From NCBI GenBank assembly GCA_965217185.1, contig OZ244252.1, positions 736,001 to 800,000 of the forward strand: a stretch of 64,000 bases of DNA. The letters are read 5' to 3'. Shown here in pieces: positions 61,243 to 64,000 of the stretch. A model generated the notes under the pieces. It searched no databases, had not been told where the DNA came from, and saw only the letters and a list, made by a program, of their open reading frames with translations. The DNA is from an uncultured Candidatus Entotheonella sp. (lineage in GTDB: Bacteria > Tectomicrobia > Entotheonellia > Entotheonellales > Entotheonellaceae). Made by a program: the position numbers and the translations under genes. Position 1 is the stretch's first letter. Each line of letters starts with the position of its first letter.

Positions 61243-62958
61243 ATGAACGACTTTGAACGTGAGGAAATCGGCGCCCGCTCGGACGACTCGGAACACCTCG
61301 ATTTTTTCCCACCGCATTACCGCGTTGGTCGCACCAAGTTCATCGTCGTCACGGGTGGGGTCATGTCCGGTGTCGGCAAGGGTGTGTGTACGGCTTCGTT
61401 GTCGCACTTGCTGCAACAGCTGGGCTTCAGCGTCACCACGATGAAAATCGACGGCTATCTCAACGTCGATGCTGGTACCCTCAATCCCTATCGTCACGGT
61501 GAAACCTTCGTGCTGGACGACGGCACCGAATGCGACCTCGACCTTGGCACCTACGAGCGCTTCCTCGACACCACCCTGAACCGCCACAACTACATGACCT
61601 CCGGCAAAATCTACGCCCGCATCCTGGCCAAGGAGCGGCGCGGCGAGTACCTCGGACGGGACGTGCAGATCGTGCCCCACGTCACCGGCGAAATTAAATA
61701 CCTCATGCGCCAGAAAGCCCAGGAAGGGCCTTACGACATGGTGCTGGTGGAGATCGGCGGCACCGTCGGCGACATCGAGAACGTGCACTTCATCGAAGCC
61801 GCGCGCGAGCTGATCCGTGACGAAGGGCGCGACAACGTCATGTACATCCACGTCACCATGGTGCCGTGGTCGGAGGCCACCGGCGAGCAGAAGAGCAAGC
61901 CGACTCAGCACAGCATCAAGAAGCTGCTGGAGATGGGCGTGCAGTCGGACATCATCGTGTGCCGGTCGAAGCACGATCTGCAGAGTAAAGTGCGCGAGAA
62001 GATCAGCCTGCACTGCAACGTGCCGATCGATCACGTCATCAGCAGTCCCGACACGGAAAGCGTCTACACCTTGCCGGCGCTCTTCCAGAAGCAGTATTTT
62101 GCGGAAACGACCATCAGCCGGCTGCGATTGAATATGCCGTATCCCGCTGAGGGAGAGAAGCAGGTGCCCTTTGCGCCGTTCGTGCGCCATACCCGCCGTA
62201 AGAATCCGCCGCTCACCATCGCCATGACCGGCAAGTATTCCACCATGAAGGATTCGTACCTCAGCATCACCAACGCCCTGGAGCACACGGAACCCGCTGA
62301 GGGCGTACGTATTGACGTGCGCTTTTTGGACACCACGGATTTCGACAACGCCTCGCCGACGATGCTGAAGGAAAACCTGCACGACGTGCACGGCATTCTG
62401 GTGCCCGGCGGCTATGGGGTGCGCGGCACGGAGGGCATGATTCGCTGCATCCGCTACGCCCGCGAGCGCCAAGTGCCGTACCTGGGCCTGTGCCTCGGTT
62501 TCCAGTTGGCGGCCATCGAGTTTGCGCGCTCGGTGTGCGGCGTGGAAAAGGCCACCAGCACCGAGTTCGATCCCCATACGCAGGAGCCGTTGATCTGCCT
62601 GCTGCCGGAGCAGCAACAGGTGCGCGACCTTGGGGGCACGCAGCGTCTGGGTGGCCATGACGTCGCACTGCTACCGGGCAGTCGGGTGCAGGCCATGTAC
62701 GGCCGCGACATGGTTCGTGAACGGTTTCGCCATCGCTACGAGCTCAACAACGACTACAAGGCGGCTTTTGAGAAATGCGGTGTCGTCTTCTGCGGTATGA
62801 CCCCGGACCAGCGTGTCATGCAGGTTTTCGATTACCCAGCCCACCCGTTCTACGTCGCCACCCAATTTCACCCCGAATTGCTCTCCCGGCCTCTGCGCCC
62901 CCACCCGCTCTTCCTGGCCTTTGTGCAGGCGGCGAAGAAGCACCAAAACCCGTCGTAA
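61243..62958 (+). CDS. pyrG: CTP synthase
   Basis: TGGVMSGVGKG, YLNVDAGTLNPYRHGE, EIGGTVGDIE, GLCLGFQ, ERFRHRYE, QFHPE. Confidence 0.97.
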   Translation: MNDFEREEIGARSDDSEHLDFFPPHYRVGRTKFIVVTGGVMSGVGKGVCTASLSHLLQQLGFSVTTMKIDGYLNVDAGTLNPYRHGETFVLDDGTECDLDLGTYERFLDTTLNRHNYMTSGKIYARILAKERRGEYLGRDVQIVPHVTGEIKYLMRQKAQEGPYDMVLVEIGGTVGDIENVHFIEAARELIRDEGRDNVMYIHVTMVPWSEATGEQKSKPTQHSIKKLLEMGVQSDIIVCRSKHDLQSKVREKISLHCNVPIDHVISSPDTESVYTLPALFQKQYFAETTISRLRLNMPYPAEGEKQVPFAPFVRHTRRKNPPLTIAMTGKYSTMKDSYLSITNALEHTEPAEGVRIDVRFLDTTDFDNASPTMLKENLHDVHGILVPGGYGVRGTEGMIRCIRYARERQVPYLGLCLGFQLAAIEFARSVCGVEKATSTEFDPHTQEPLICLLPEQQQVRDLGGTQRLGGHDVALLPGSRVQAMYGRDMVRERFRHRYELNNDYKAAFEKCGVVFCGMTPDQRVMQVFDYPAHPFYVATQFHPELLSRPLRPHPLFLAFVQAAKKHQNPS

Positions 62959-63014
62959 TGGCATCTGGTTCGACAAACTTCCGGGTAAGGCTTGAACGCG
63001 CTGCGAGGTAACCC

Positions 63015-64000
63015 GTGCAGAACGTGAGGATTCTGATTGTAAGCCCGCGTCCGCAGATGCGAGACGTGCGCGGTGAGACCCTGTTGCGCAGCCTGCGGGA
63101 GGATGCCCATCTTGCCGTCGAGCGGGTGAGAACGGCGGCCCTGTATACCATTCGTTCGCCGCGCTCCGTCGAAGAGTTGGAATCCGCCCGACGGGCGCTC
63201 TTTACGGACGCCGTAGTCGAGGAGTCGCGCTGGGACCAGCAGCCTCCGGTGCCGTGCCGGTGGATCGTGCAGGTCGCCATGCTGCCCGGGGTGACGGACA
63301 ACGTCGGCCGAACGGCGTCGCGGGCCCTGGAAGATATGCTTGCTCGCCCGCTTGAGGGCGAGGTCTATACCTCATCGCTCTACCTGATTGACGGCGATCT
63401 GCAGCGTGATGAGGTCGAACGTGCGGTGCGGGATTTACTCGCCAACCCCTTGGTGCACCAATGGCGCATCACCGCAGCGGCCGATTGGCAGGACGCCCCC
63501 GAGGCATTCCTGCCGCCGCCGATTGCTGGCGCCGACCATCCACCGCACGTCGCCTCCATAACGCTGGACCTGGACGACGACGCTCTGCTGCGCCTCAGCC
63601 AGGAGGGGCTGCTGGCCCTGAATCTGGCCGAGATGAAGGCCATTCAGGCGTACTTTCGTGATCCGCAACGCCGCGCCAGGCGGCAAGCCTACGGACTCAG
63701 CCCTGCGCCCACGGACGTCGAGCTCGAAACACTGGCGCAAACCTGGTCGGAGCACTGCAAGCACAAAATTTTCCAGAGCACTATCGACTATCAGGACGAG
63801 CACGGGACACATACCACGATCCGCAGCCTTTTCAAGAGCTACATCGTGCGCGCCACCGAGGAAATCGGCCAGCGGGTTGACTGGCTGCGTTCGGTTTTCC
63901 ACGACAACGCCGGGGTCATTGCGTTCAACGAGGAGTGGAACCTGGCAATGAAGGTGGAGACGCACAACACGCCGTCCGCCCTGGACCCGTATGGCGGGGC
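63015..64000 (+). CDS. purL: Phosphoribosylformylglycinamidine synthase PurL (3'-truncated by the window edge)
   Basis: Absent from the ORF track because it has no stop in the window. Hand translation from GTG 63015 gives PGVTDNVG, ELETLAQTWSEHCKHKIF, DNAGV, KVETHNTPSALDPYGG. Confidence 0.93.
   Translation, partial: MQNVRILIVSPRPQMRDVRGETLLRSLREDAHLAVERVRTAALYTIRSPRSVEELESARRALFTDAVVEESRWDQQPPVPCRWIVQVAMLPGVTDNVGRTASRALEDMLARPLEGEVYTSSLYLIDGDLQRDEVERAVRDLLANPLVHQWRITAAADWQDAPEAFLPPPIAGADHPPHVASITLDLDDDALLRLSQEGLLALNLAEMKAIQAYFRDPQRRARRQAYGLSPAPTDVELETLAQTWSEHCKHKIFQSTIDYQDEHGTHTTIRSLFKSYIVRATEEIGQRVDWLRSVFHDNAGVIAFNEEWNLAMKVETHNTPSALDPYGG

Noticed and set aside
61243..61330. ~30-aa N-terminal extension on CTP synthase as a novel domain
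   Set aside because: It is short and low-complexity, with no assignable motif, so there is not enough evidence to call it unusual.

Overview
High-GC bacterial chromosome segment, mostly housekeeping genes: lptE-holA-rpsT, priA, def-fmt-rsmB-rpe, ffh-rpsP-rimM-trmD-rplS-rnhB, rplM-rpsI-rpsB-tsf-pyrH-frr-cdsA-dxr, pilin/pilD and cysS-purN-pyrG-purL. It also carries many oxidoreductases and hydrolases. Several LLM-class enzymes, a hydantoinase pair and an ankyrin protein are compatible with a sponge-associated Tectomicrobia/Entotheonella-like organism, but that is inference only. Five accessory or unexplained signals stand out. (1) A 9.5-kb Type I R-M locus: hsdS is built from three near-identical tandem cassettes, a PtuA/PtuB-like ABC-ATPase + HNH pair and an orphan antitoxin sit between hsdS and hsdR, and HsdR ends in a LexA-like S24 peptidase domain. 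(2) An unannotated 40-aa Cys-rich leader ORF with a terminator and a possible antiterminator upstream of APS reductase, a candidate cysteine-sensing transcription attenuator. (3) A two-gene island (unknown protein + SNF2 helicase) whose helicase is split by a 191-bp MITE with an 8-bp target duplication. (4) A nuclease-like/cold-shock-domain fusion gene whose RBS is buried in a hairpin. (5) A GMC oxidoreductase flanked by a decayed duplicate of the sulfurtransferase 5' end. No tRNA, rRNA, CRISPR array, integrase or reverse transcriptase was recognised. All family assignments come from motif reading, not database searches.
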